Positions 15,001 through 28,265 of a stretch of 64,000 nucleotides of DNA are shown here, piece after piece. The notes under the pieces are model-generated. The model did no database searches. It saw only the letters and a program-made list of their open reading frames with translations, and had not been told where the DNA came from. The translations under genes were made by a program, and so were the position numbers. The DNA is from Eledone cirrhosa (lineage: Eukaryota): contig OZ024742.1 in NCBI GenBank assembly GCA_964016885.1, positions 345,650,001-345,714,000 of the forward strand. Reading direction: 5' to 3'. The first letter of the stretch is position 1, and the number at the start of each line of letters is the position of its first letter.

Positions 15001-18000
15001 TAGAACTGTTGTTGTTATAGAACTGTTGTTGTTGTTATAGAACTGTTGTTGTTATAGAACTGTTGTTGTTATAGAACTGTTGTTGTTGTTATAGAACTGT
15101 TGTTGTTATGGAACTGTTGTTGCTGTTATAGAACTGTTGTTGCTGTTATAGAACTGATGTTGTTGTCATAGAACTGTTGTCGTTGTTATAGAACTGTTGT
15201 TGTTATATATCTGTTGTTGTTTTTATAGAACTGTTGTTGTTGTTATAGAAGTGTTGTTGTTGTTATAGAACTGTTGTTGTTGTTATAGAACTGTTGTTGT
15301 TGTTATAGAACTGTTGTTGTTATATAACTGTTGTTGTTATATAACTGTTGTTGTTGTTATAGAACTGTTGTTGTTATATAACTGTTGTTGCTGTTATAGA
15401 ACTGTTGTTGTTGTTATAGAACTGTTGTTGTTGTTGTTATAGAACTGTTGTTGTTATAGAACTGTTGTTGTTGTTATAGAACTGTTGTTGTTGTCTTAGA
15501 ACTATTGTTGTTGTTATAAAACTGTTGTTGTTGTTATAGAACTGTTGTTGGTGTTATAGAACTGTTGTTGTTATATATCTGTTGTTGTTGATATAGAACT
15601 GTTGTTGTTATAGAACTGTTGTTGTTATAGAACTGTTGTTGTCATAGAACTGTTGTTGTTGTTATAGAACTGTTGTTATAGAACTGTTGTTGTTGTTATA
15701 GAACTGTTGTTGTTATAGAACTGTTGTTGTTATAGAACTGTTGTTGTCATAGAACTGTTGTTGTTGTTATAGAACTGTTGTTATAGAACTATTGTTGTTG
15801 TCATAGAACTGTTTTTGTTGTTATAGAACTGTTGTTGTTATAGAACTGTTGTTGTTACAGCACTGTTGTTGTTATAGAACTGTTGTTGTTGTTATAGAAC
15901 TGTTGTTGCTGTTATAGAACTGTTGTTGTTGTCATAGAACTGTTGTTGTTGTCTTAGAACTATTGTTGTTGTTATAAAACTGCTGTTGTTGTTATAGAAC
16001 TGTTTTTGTTGTTATAGAACTGTTGTTGTTACAGAACTGTTGTTGTTATAGAACTGTTGTTGTTATAGAACGTTTGTTGTTGTTACAGAACTGTTGTTGT
16101 TGTTTTAGAATTGTTGTTGTTGTTATAGAACTGTTGTTGTTGTTATAGAACTGTTGTTGTTGTTATATGACTGTTGTTGTTGTTATAGAACTGTTGTTGT
16201 TTTTATAGAACTGTTGTTATTGTTATAGAGCTGTTGTTGTTATAGAACTATTTTTATAGAACGTTTGTTGTTATAGACCTGTTGTTGTTATAAAACTGTT
16301 GTTGTTGTTATAGAACTGTTGTTGTTGTAGAACTGTTGTTGTTATAGAACTGTTGTTGTTGTTATAGAACTGTTGTTATTGTTATAGAGCTGTTGTTGTT
16401 ATAGAACTATTTTTATAGAACATTTGTTGTTGTTATAGAACTGTTGTTGTTATAGAACTGTTGTTGTTGTTATAGAACTATTGTTGTTATAGACCTGTTG
16501 TTGCTGTTGTAGAACTGTTGTTGTTGTTATAGAACTGTTGTTGTTGTTATAGAACTGTTGTTGTTATAGAACTGTCGTTGTTGTTATAGAACTGTTGTTG
16601 TTATAGAACTGTTGTTGTTATAGAGCTGTTGTTGTTGTTATAGAACTGTTGTTGCTGTTATAGAACTGTTGTTGCTGTTATAGAACTGTTGTTGTTGTCA
16701 TAGAACTGTTGTTGTTGTTATAGAACTGTTGTTGTTATATATCTGTTGTTGTTGTTATAGAACTGTTGTTGCTGTTATACAACTGTTGTTGTTGTTATAG
16801 AACTGTTGTTGTTATAGAACTGTTGTTGTTATATATCTGTTGTTGTTGTTATAGAACTGTTGTTGCTGTTATACAACTGTTGTTGTTGTTATAGAACTGT
16901 TGTTGTTATAGAACTGTTGTTGTTGTTATAAAACTGTTGTTGTTGTTATAGAACTGTTGTTGTTGTTATAGAACTGTTGTTGTTATATAACTGTTGTTGT
17001 TGTTATAGAACTGTTGTTGTTATAGAACTGTTGTTGCTGTTATAGAACTGTTGTTGTTGTCATAGAACTGTTGTTGTTGTTGTAGAACTGTTGTTGTCAT
17101 TGAACTGTTCTTGTTGTTATAGAACTATTGTTGTTGTTATAGAACTGTTGTTGTTATAGAACTGTTGTTGTTATAGAACTATTGTTGTTGTTTTAGAACT
17201 GTTGTTGTTGTTATAGAATTGTTGTTGTTGTTATATGACTGTTGTTATTGTTATAGATCTGTTGTTGTTATAGAACTATTTTTATAGATCATTTGTTGTT
17301 ATAAACCTGTTGTTTTTATAGAACTGTTGTTGGTTTTATCGAACAGTTGTTGTTATTATAGAACTGTTGTTGTTATAGAACTGTTGTTGTTGTTATGGAA
17401 CTGTTGTTGTTATAGAACCATTTTTATAGAACATTTGTTGTTATAAACCTGTTGCTTTTATAGAACTGTTGTTGGTTTTATCGTACAGTTCTTGTTGTTA
17501 TAGAAATGTTGTTTTTGTTGTTATAGAACTGGTGTTGTTGTTATATATCTGTTGTTGTTTTTATAGAACTTTTGTTGTTATAGAACTGTTGTTGTTATAG
17601 AACTTTTGTTGTTGTTATAGTACTCTTGTTGTTGTTATAGAACTGTTGTTGTGGTTATAAAACTGTTGTTGTTGTCATAGAACTGTTGTTGTTGTTGTTA
17701 TAGTACTGTCGTTGTTATAGAACTGTTGTTGTTATAGAACTGTTGTTGTTGTTATAGAACTGTTGTTGTCATAGAACTGTTGTTGTTATAGAACTGTGTT
17801 GTTGTTATAGAACTGTTGTTGTTGTCATAGAACTGTTGTTGCTGTCTTAGAACTATTGTTGTTGTTATAAAACTGCTGTTGTTGTTATAGAACTGTTGTT
17901 GTTGTTATAGAACTGTTGTTGTTGTTATATGACTGTTGTTATTGTTATAGAACTATTTTTATAGAACATTTTTTGTTATAGACCTGTTGTTTTTATAGAA

Positions 18001-18270
18001 CTGTTGTTGGTTTTATCGAACCGTTGTTGTTGTTATAGAACTGTTGTTGTTGTTATATAAGTGTTGTTGCTATAGAACAGTTGTTGTTGTTATAGAACTG
18101 TTGTTGTGCTTTTAGAACTGTTGTTGTTTTTTATAGAACTGTTGTTGTTATTGTTATAGAATTGTTGTTGTTATAGAACTGTTGTGTTAGAACTGCTGTT
18201 GTTATAGAACTGTTGTTGTCATATAACTCTTGTTGTTGTTATAGAACTGTTGTTGTTGTTGTTTTAGAAC
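1..18270. repeat. Large satellite array, monomer TTATAGAAC(TGT)n, mostly 17 or 20 bp (14-23 bp), with higher-order structure; runs off the window start
   Basis: Continuous TATAGAACTGTTGTTG(TTG) units; rare variants recur at fixed spacings of 3878 bp and 2823 bp. Seen directly. Confidence 0.98.
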
Positions 18271-19380
18271 TGTGATGCTGATGATGCTGCTGATGATGAT
18301 AGTGATGGTTATAGTGATGGTCATGTTTACAGCGGTTGTGATAGCTATAGTTGTGATGGTTATAATCGTGTTGGCTATAGTTATGATGGCTATAGAGGTT
18401 ATGATGCTTATAGTTGTGATGGCTATAGTTGTAATGGCTATAGTGGTTGTGATCGTTATATTTGTTATAGCTATAGTGGTTATGATGGTTATAGTTGTGT
18501 TGGTTATACTGGTTGTGATGTTTATAGTGGTTGTAATGGCTATAGTTTTGTGATGGCTATAGTTGTGATGGCTATAGTTGTGATGGCTGTAGTTGTTGTG
18601 ATGGCTATAGTTGTGGTGGTTATAGCGGCTGTGATGGCTATAGTGTTTGTGATAGCTATAGTGGTTGTTATGCATGTAGTTGTGATGGTTATAGTGGTTG
18701 TGATGGCTATAGTGGTTGTGATGGCTATAGTGTTTGTGATGGTTATAGTGGTTCTGATGGCTATAGTGGTTCTAAGTTTTATAGTGGTTGTGATGGCTAT
18801 AGTGGCTGTGATGGCTGTAGCTGTGATGGTTATAGTGGTTGTAATGGCTATAGTTGTTGTGATGGTTATAATTGTTGTGATGGTTTTAGTTGTGATAGCT
18901 ATAGTGGTTGTGATGGCTGTAGCTGTGATGGTTATAGTGGTTGTGATGGTTATAGTTGTTCTGATGGTTATACTTGTTGTGATGGTTATAGTTGTGATAG
19001 CTATAGTGGTTGTGATGGTTGTAGCTGTGATGGTTATAGTGGTTGTGATGGCTATAGTTGTTGTGATGGTTATACTTGTTGTGATGGTTATAGTTGTGAT
19101 GGCTATAGTGACTGTGATGGCTGTAGCTGTGATGGTTATAGTGGTTGTGATGGCTATAGTTGTTGTGATGGTTATACTTGTTGTGATGGTTATAGTTGTG
19201 ATAGCTATAGTGGTTGTGATGGCTATATTTGTGATCATTATACTGGTTGTGATGGTTGTAGTGGTTGTGATTATTATAGTTGTGATGGTTATAGTGGTTG
19301 TGATTGTTATAGTTGTGATGGCTATAGTGGTTGTGATTGTTATAGTTGTCATGGCTATAGTGGTTGTGATTGTTATAGTT
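18271..19380. repeat. Triplet-phased minisatellite, GTGATGG(C/T)TATAGT(G/T)(GTT) units of about 15-21 bp
   Basis: Tandem degenerate units; produces low-complexity V/M/A/I (+) and T/I (-) ORFs. Confidence 0.93.
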
Positions 19381-19540
19381 CTGCTAACCTAGTGCCCTTA
19401 GTAAAAACAGTTCATGTTGTACTCATGGGTCCCAAATAAATAGAGGGGGGGGGGTCTAGAATAGGCGGGGATAGGTGGACTAAGCGGGTTGGGAAAATCG
19501 GTAATTTTTCTAAGTTGTTTCAGCTGATTTTTTTTAAAAA

Positions 19541-19548
19541 CTATATAT

Positions 19549-19644
<96 letters not shown>

Positions 19645-22600
19645 GGTAGATGTCTGTCTGTGTGTGTGTGTGTATGATTTTTATGCATTTCCACATTTCT
19701 CTACTGATTTTGATGATTTTGTTTCCAATGTGCTCCAAATTTACCAGAGCAGGTCAACGCATAATTACTTTAGCCAAATATTCCTGCTTCTATGAAAAAA
19801 AATCGATAAAACTAAATACATGCTGTAACCGTCTCTCTTACACGCTTCATTCCTCTTACTACCCTCATTCTCCTCCGCAACTCTCTTTAAAAGGTTACTG
19901 CCTCCGTCTCTGAAGGAACGCGACACAAACTTTGATAACCCTCTTTCTTACTCGCTTAGATTCCTCTCACTACCCTCAATCTCCTCTGCAACTCTCTTTA
20001 AAAGGTTACTGCCTCCGTCTCCATTACAGTTTAGAGCAACGACATATCTTCTCTCCCTCTAATAGATTATTCACCCTCTTCGTTCGTCTTACATCAAATA
20101 TCAAAATTTAAAAAGCTGATAACACTAAATACATACTGCTCTCTCAACGTTACATTTTACATCAAATAACAAATATTCAAAAGCAACATATGAATTTATA
20201 AAACAACAAACGTAACAATAACGACGCTTAAGCGTTCATTTACTTGAATCTCAACAAAGACATTATATTTTATTGTTGTCATTTTTGTAATTTTCTTCTT
20301 TGTTTTTCTCAATATGAGACAAAAATTAATGAGAGAACTTTTTTCACGAACGTCCGATTTCGATGATTTATTTTCCAGTGTGCTCCAAAATAACGCCCCT
20401 GTTTACGCTCTTTTGTGCTATAACTCAGACAGGCTTGGCTTACAGGTTTGACCTATTATTTGACGTGCATTCTTCATAGATCTTACTTAGTACTCACTTT
20501 CAACTTACTCACCGTTCAATTGAAAGTTTTGGCTACTCCCCCTTTCATGCTCCATTACCTGCATAAATATTTACCTGTTCGGTCCTGCTACAACATAGTA
20601 CTCACTTGAAACTAATTCAAAGTTCATTTGAAAATTTTCGCTACCAAACACATTCTTTGAATCAACGGTCATGCCACCCCAAAAAAACCCACGACTTAGT
20701 CGCCAAACTAAAGCTTTTTCTGCTGCCAAACCAAGAAGAGCTACAGAGTTGTCCGTAGAAAAATTGACTCGGTTGTCACAAAATGCAACTCGAAATGCAA
20801 TTATCTGGGCAACCGAGACAGAAAAAAAGAGGAGCATCCACCTTTCCGGAAATGCATTTGTAACTGCAGTTGCACGTGCAGCGCAAACTAATGAACAACA
20901 TTCTCGACGACGAAGCAAAAATGCGGCCTCGTGACGGTGAGGACGAAGAACACCGTTACAGACGACGACGAAAAGATGCCGCCTCAACTGCTGCGTCACG
21001 TGCTGCCGAGGACGAAAGGCAGCGTTCCAGACGTCAACGTACGGACCGGTGCCACAGCGGAGTCGGAACACTTCCTTCGATGTTCCAGGAGATACAACGC
21101 TGCCTTCCAAATGACCTCTTTCAGAGCTTACATACGCGAGGACGGCTTCATGCCTACCTTTAAAGTTCAAGGACAAATTTACCACAGAATCGGTTCGCTA
21201 CTGCCCACGACAGACGGACAGCCCCAATTCCTACAGCTATACTTTGTCACTGACTATTTGGACCAAGCGGAACCACGCTCTTCAATTTCGCCTGGCACAG
21301 ACATGAACATTTTGTTGCAACTCGAGAGAATGCTGCACAAAAAGAACAACTACATTCGCAGTTTTAAATGCGCATTGGAGGCTGCTCCGTTGCCAAATTT
21401 TGCTGTTATAATCGACGCTGACAGGAAACCACCAGGCAACTACGTCGGACGTTTTAACACTCCCACGTGCAATGAAATAGCTGTGTTTCTTCATGGAGAA
21501 CAGTACAACAAGCGGGACATCATACTTCAGTGTAGGGACAATAGTCTACAACGCATCAGCGAGACGCATAGGTCCTACGACGCATTCCAATATCCCCTAC
21601 TTTTCCCATTAGGTGACGATGGATACCACTTTGGAATTCCTTTGTGAAACAGCAACAAAACTGTTTCCTCTATGCAATTATACACCTACCGATTCATGGT
21701 CCGCGAATGCTGCTTTAACCAACCCCTCCGTGCAAGAGTACTCTTCAACCAGCTTGCTGTAGACGCGCGCGCAAAGATGGAATCTGAAAGGCTGTGCTAC
21801 ATAAGGAACAATCAAGCACGCCTTCGTTCGGACAGCTACATTCACTTACGGGATGGAGTAAGGAATGACGTCGATCCCGAGAACCTAAGAAAACATTATA
21901 TCCTTCCGTCGACCTTCATTGGGAGTCCCCGATACATGGGTGAACGCACACAGGATGCTATGACGTACGTGCGTCTCTACGGCAGATCGGATCTCTTCAT
22001 CACTTCAACATGCAACCCGTAGTGGAATGAAATTACCGCGGAATTATTCCCCGGACAAAGAGCGTCAGATAGACACGATTTACGGCACGAGTCTTTCACT
22101 TGAAGTTGACAAAACTTATTGAACTCCTAAAATCAGGTAAGGCCTTTGGACCTGTTAGGTGCTACGTATACACCGTTGGGTGGCAAAAGAGAGGCCTGCC
22201 ACACGCTCACCTACTCATTTGGCTGATAACGAAAATCAACGCAAGCAGCATTGACAGCATCATTTCAGCAGAAATACCCGACCCAAAATTGGACAGAGAA
22301 CTCCACAACATCGTCACTGCTCACATGGTTCATGGACAATGCGGAAACGGTTTCAACATGAATTCACCATACATTAAAGAAAGAAGGTGCACCAAGAGGT
22401 ATCCTAGGCCATTCCTCTGAGAAACTCGGACAGGTGGCGACGGTTATCCATTAGACCGCCGCAGGAAGCCAGCGGACGGAGGAATTGTTGCGAAAACACC
22501 ACATCACAACGTCGACAACCGGTGGATTGTACCCTACTTGCCACTTCTGCTTAAATTTGTTAACGCCCACATTAACATTGAATACTGCCACTCCGTCAAA

Positions 22601-25134
22601 TTGATAAAGTACGTCTGCAAGTATATCAATAAGGGGTCCGATGCTGCGTCCTTGGGTCTTACAATGGAGAACAACCGAGACGAAGTAACTCGATACGAGG
22701 TCGGCCGATACATCAGCAGCAATGAAGCGTTCTGTAGATTCCTCCACTTTGCAATACACCATAACTACCTCCCAATCAAACAGTTGGCGGTGCACCTTGA
22801 AAACGGTCAAAGAGTCTTCTTCACCGCCTCCACCGCTGCTGATATAGCAGAGGAACCCAAGGACACCACACTTACAGCACTTTTTAAGTTATGCCGAAAC
22901 AATCCCTTCGCCAAGACCATCTTCTACTCTCAGGTGCGATCACACTACACATGGAACACAGACAACAGAATTTGGTTAAGAAGGGTGAAAGGACAACCTG
23001 TCGAGGGACATCCAGACATTAAAATGTCTTGGGAGAGTGTACACCATTCATCCTAACCAACAGGAATGCTTTTATCTCCGCCTTCTACTGCATGAGGTGG
23101 TAGGACCGACATCTTTTGACGATCTGAAAACAATCAACGGAGAGGTTTGTACTTCATTCCGCGCAGCCTGTCTTAGACGCGGTCTACTGGAAGATGGCGC
23201 TCAGTGGGATGCGAGATTGGCGGAGGCAGCTACAATACGCTCAGCGCGAACTCTTCGGCAACTCTTTGTGGTGCTACTGCAGACATGAGAGTTAAGCGAC
23301 CCTGTATCCTTATGGGACAAATACAAAGAGGACCTTTCCGATGATTACATACACCAAGGACAACTGCTACTCCCTCATTCCGACGTACAACTCAGCGACG
23401 AATTCTTCAACAAAGTTCTCATTGACATCGAGGACAAAATCCTAACTGCCGGCGGAAATGACCTTCCATTCTATGGACTGCCAAAAGTTCAGCGAACGGG
23501 CTCGGACGAACTTCCGACGGGCATAATTCAGGAAACTGCTTACGACGTCCACGTCCTCGAACTGTTCATCAACGAAAACGAGCCGAAATTGTTGCAGGAC
23601 CAACAACGGGCGTATGACACAGTTTGCACCTCCATTCGTCAACGCAGAGGAGGCATCTTCTTTTTGGATGCCCCAGGAAGAACTGGTAAAACATTCGTCA
23701 ATAAACTCCTCCTCGCCAAAGTGCGACAGCAGAAAGGAATCTCCCTGGCTGTGGCTTCTTCTGGCATTGGTGCAACTCTGCTGAGCGGAGGTAGGACAGA
23801 ACATTCCGTATTTAAACTACCATTCAACACGACTTCAGACGACACAATAACCTGCAACATCACCAAGGAGTCTGACAAAGCTGAAGTCTTGAAAAGATGC
23901 CACCTAATTGTGTGGGACAAATGCACAATGGCCCATAAAGGGTCCATTGAGGCGTTAGAGAGGACCCTACGAGATATCAGGGAAAGCAACTGGCCGATGG
24001 GAGGAGTACTTCTACTGCTGTCTGGCGATTTTCGACAAACTCTTCCAGTTGTTCCAAAAGCCACCAGGGCCGCCACTGTGGGGGCTTGCATTAAGTCATC
24101 TCCCCTGTGTCAGGAAGTGACAATCCTGACCCTCACAACACGCATGAGAGCCCAACTGCTCGGCGACCACTCAGCAGCCGATTTCACAAAGGACCTCTTA
24201 ACAGTTGGTGACGGCATTACATGTTCAGATGCAGCTGGAGAAATGGCAGTCTCGCAAGTAGGCACCGTTGTCGACACTGTTGACGACCTCACAGTCTCTG
24301 TCTTTCCCGATATGGCGACCAACTACAAAAACATGAGTTGGCTATGCGATAGAGCCATATTGGCTCCCAAAAATGTCTCCGTTGCAAAAATCAATGAGGA
24401 CCTTCTGCAACGCATTCCTGGAAACCTCCGTATCTACAAATCTGTGGACAAAGTTGTGGACAAAGAAGAGGTTGACGATTTTCCAACAGAATTCCTCAAT
24501 TCCTTGGAACTCACTGGACTGCCACCTCATAAACTGCGCGTCAAAGTGGAGACTCCAGTCATGCTGTTGAGGAACCTGGAACCACCATGTCTCTGCAACA
24601 GAACACGGTTAGTGGTAAGAAACCTCCTGCCGCATGTAATTGAAGCCACAATTCTCACGGGCTGCGCGCTGGATAAAACGTCTTCATACCCAGAATACCA
24701 TTAACTCCATCAGGTACGGAATGCCCCTGTACTCTGTGCCGACTTCAATTCCCCGTTAAACTTTGCTTCGCGATGTAAATCAACAAGTCCCAAGGCCAAA
24801 CACTATCAACGGCAGGCCTGCATTTAGCCCAGCCGTGTTTCTCACACGGCCAATTATACGTCGCATGCTCAAGAGTGGGATGCAAGCAGAACTTATTAAT
24901 TACTTGCGCCCAAAGGCAGAACAAAAAGTGTGGTCTACATAGAGGTGTTGTGACTCCTCTATTCAGCACCACTGCAGTCTTGCCGGTCTGACATATGGTG
25001 AGTAGATGCTATTGTTGTATATTTCCAAAGTTACCCGTATTTACTTTCAATGTCTCAATATTCATAATTGAGTGGAATCATTAAAAGTACTTTAAAGCAA
25101 TTAAACTCCGAGCAACGCCGGGCATTTCTGCTAG
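19541..25134 (+). mobile_element. Autonomous-type Helitron, decayed
   Basis: 5' end (TA)n-AAAACGGTAGATGTCTGTCTGTGTG (exact start obscured by (TA)n); 3' hairpin CCGAGCAACGCCGGG then CTAG at 25131-25134 followed by T; internal RepHel coding region. Confidence 0.93.
20671..24950 (+). pseudogene. Helitron RepHel (HUH Rep + PIF1-family helicase), broken by stops and frameshifts
   Basis: Rep motifs DLFITSTCNP, WQKRGLPHAH, KYVCKYINKG; helicase motifs FFLDAPGRTGKT, LIVWDKCTM, SGDFRQTLPV, INKSQGQT, FSHGQLYVACSRV, spread over several frames. Confidence 0.95.
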
Positions 25135-25168
25135 TATATATATATATATATATACGTAGGTCCCTGCT

Positions 25169-25210
<42 letters not shown>

Positions 25211-25211
25211 A

Positions 25212-25259
<48 letters not shown>

Positions 25260-25662
25260 ATAGGGAAAAAAAGACGATTATTAGGAAGAAAGATTTTTTT
25301 TTTCTCTTTTATTTTTTCTCTTTTTTCTGGGTTAGATAATGTTTAAAATAAAATATTTTACTTTGTGTGAAGTGTTAAGGTATTAATTAATTTATTTATT
25401 AATTAACAATGGCATTTATTTATTTATTCATATATTTAATAAATGTATATTACCGGTTTCAGCATTTTATGCATTATCAAAGGGGGGAATTTGTATTGGT
25501 GTAAAATGTTGATGTTGAACATGTTAAGGAAATGGTGAAGAAAGACTAATATTATTTACAAACAATATTTTTGAAGTAAAAAGAAAAAAGCGAAAAAAGA
25601 GGGGTGATGTGGAACATGATAAGGTAATGGAGCAGAAAATATCATATTATTTACAGGCTTAA

Positions 25663-25847
25663 GGGCGGTGAATTGGCAGTATCGGTAGAGGGTTGGACGC
25701 CATGCTTTCTAGCATAATTACGTCCCTTTACATTCTGAGTTCAAATCCCGCCAAGGTTAACTTTGCCTTTCATCCTTACGGGGTCGATAAAATAAAGTAC
25801 CAGTAATGTACTGGGTAATTGCTGGCCTTGTGCCTAAAGTAGAAACA
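25663..25847 (+). mobile_element. tRNA-derived SINE
   Basis: A-box-like TGGCAGTATCGG, B-box GAGTTCAAATCC; 17-bp TSD ATTATTTACAGGCTTAA at 25646-25662 and 25848-25864; multiple copies in the window. Confidence 0.92.
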
Positions 25848-26190
25848 ATTATTTACAGGCTTAATTCTTGAAGATAAGCAGTTCAAAATGTGTTGTTATG
25901 GCAAGAGTGCTTAGTTGATCCATGATCTTGCCATAATAACACATTTTGAACTGCTTATCTTCAAGAACTATGCCTGTAAATAACATTATTTTTTCTTTCC
26001 CATTACCTTATCATGTTCCACATTAACCCCCTCCCCCTTTTTTCTTTTCACTTCAAAAACCTTGTTTGTAAATAACGTTATTCTTTCTTCACCATTTTCT
26101 TAACATGATCAACATCACCAACATTTTACACCAATACAAATTCCCCCCTTTGATAATGCATAAAATTCTGAAACCGGTAATAGACAATTA

Positions 26191-26748
26191 TCTATATATA
26201 TAAAACTGATGTTGTCTGTGTGTGTGTCCTCATTTTTGCAAAGTCTATACAAATCCACATTTCTACTCCGATAGACTTCAAACTTGCATTTATATATTAC
26301 TTGCGGTCTAAAGATATTAACTGCAGCTTTTATTTTTCAATTCTCTGTTGTTAAAGGGGTGTTAGGCGCCGGTTATCCATCTCAGTCGCGTTCTTATAAT
26401 ATCTGTCTGTATGCCTGGCTGTCTGCATCACGACATTCTGACGAACATTGATGACGTATTATGTTCGCTATTATCCGTTCATTGCCAGGGAACGTCTTCA
26501 TGAACCAAAGTATCATCTTCCTGTTTACCTTCGGTTGCAACGTTTTTCGAAATATTTACTTCTGCGTTCACAGATTGATGTTTTTAGTTTCAGAAGATCC
26601 CGTTAAGGGTGAAAGCAACGATTCTTTGCTTAAACTTTAATCTGTCATTTTAATCTTTATATTTATATATATAAAACTGAGGAAGTGTGTATGTATGTAT
26701 GTATGTATGTATGTATGTATGTATGTATGTATGTATGTGTGTATGTGA

Positions 26749-26843
<95 letters not shown>

Positions 26844-27414
26844 CCGAGTAGTACCCAACTGATCTTTTTCAAACTTTACATGTGTATTACTTATATGTCA
26901 GGGAGTGTTATGCACATAAGAAAATTCAACATTTTGATCTCCTAGGGCCTGCATTAGGTGAAAAACTGAGTTTTGTCCAGCTTTTGGGGGGTTTTTGAGG
27001 CGTTATGTCAGACCGATTTCCTTGAAATTGTAACTATGTATTAGTCAGTCTCTTCTTCATACCGTGAACAAACAAAATCCAACTTTTTTATGGCCTAGTG
27101 CCCGCATTAGGTGAAAAACTTTTTCAGCTTTTTAGGGCTTTTTGAGGCGTTACGTCTAGCCGATTTTCCTGAAATTTCAAGGCATATTATGTACATAAAA
27201 ATATTCATTTTCTTGATCACCTAGGACCCGCATTAGGTGAAAACCTGCCTTTTTCATGCTTCATCCAGGAAAATCTTAGATTATCCAGCCATCAGAGTAT
27301 TCGGTTTATTTTCTTTACATATTGTCCAGGCATGCAATTTTTCCACGATTAGGTCTGTTGGCGGCCCGCGTTCCAAAATACCTTATCCCGTGCAACGCTG
27401 GGTACCACTGCTAG
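26191..27414 (+). mobile_element. Non-autonomous composite Helitron
   Basis: A^TC start (TCTATATATATAAAACTGATG), second 5'-like end at about 26654, 3' hairpin CCCGTGCAACGCTGGG and CTAG^T; removing it restores the foldback arm. Confidence 0.88.
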
Positions 27415-27572
27415 TTAAATACATAAATAAATAAATAAATTAACTAGTACTTTATCACTTCACACAAAGTAAAATATTTTGTTTTAAACATTTTCTAACC
27501 CAGAAAAAAGAGAAACAAATAAAAGGGAACAAAATATATTTTTCTTACTAATAATCGTTTTTTTCTCTCTAT

Positions 27573-27614
<42 letters not shown>

Positions 27615-28055
27615 TAACTCGTGTGATTCCTCTCCACATTTTATTATTATTAAGTATATATATATATATATATATATACATATATTTATATTTATATTTG
27701 AGAGAAGAAACGGGCTGTGTAGTTGCTGGATAAGGTGTACTTATAAATAAGAAGAAAGCTTGAACGGAAGGAAATTTTCCTTCATCAGTTGTCTGCTGGA
27801 GGTCATGGATATTTCTATGCATTAAGGACAAAATATTTCACCCCAGTGCGTCAATAAATAAAGGACGTTATTGGTGGAAAAAAGGTGAGAGAGAGAAAAA
27901 ATATATATAACAAAAGGGAAAAGGGAAGAAAAGGAAAAAAAAAACGGTAACAACAAACCGAAGTGGGAAACCCGAAGCACGTGTGTGTGAGCAACTCGAA
28001 GAGAGAGAAAAATTTAAAGTCAACATCAAATACTCACTTTAGTTCGAGATTGTGT

Positions 28056-28168
<113 letters not shown>

Positions 28169-28265
28169 TATATATATATATATATAATAAATTTGAAGAC
28201 TAAATTCGAAAGAGGGCTCGATAAGGATAAATATATATCAAATATATAAGAACCGTAGAGCAAAT

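Larger units (their letters stand above)
25255..27577. mobile_element. Foldback (near-palindromic) non-coding element in (TA)n, interrupted by a SINE and a Helitron
   Basis: Left arm about 25255-25906; right arm about 25927-26190 plus 27415-27577 is its reverse complement (GAAAATAGGGAAAAAAAGACGATTATTAG vs CTAATAATCGTTTTTTTCTCTCTATTTTC). Confidence 0.88.

Noticed and set aside
1-18270. CRISPR-like repeat-spacer appearance
   Set aside because: Intervening sequence is only (TTG)n with no unique spacers, no cas genes are present, and the context is eukaryotic.
18202-19392. Thr/Ile- and Val/Met-rich ORFs as mucin, antifreeze or membrane proteins
   Set aside because: Explained by triplet-phased repeats open on both strands, with no unique coding flanks.
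25663-25760. tRNA gene
   Set aside because: A and B boxes belong to a multi-copy SINE with TSDs; no cloverleaf.
27755-27795. Minus-strand CTGATGA-AGGAAAATTTCCT as a hammerhead
   Set aside because: No GAAA after stem II and no stem III.
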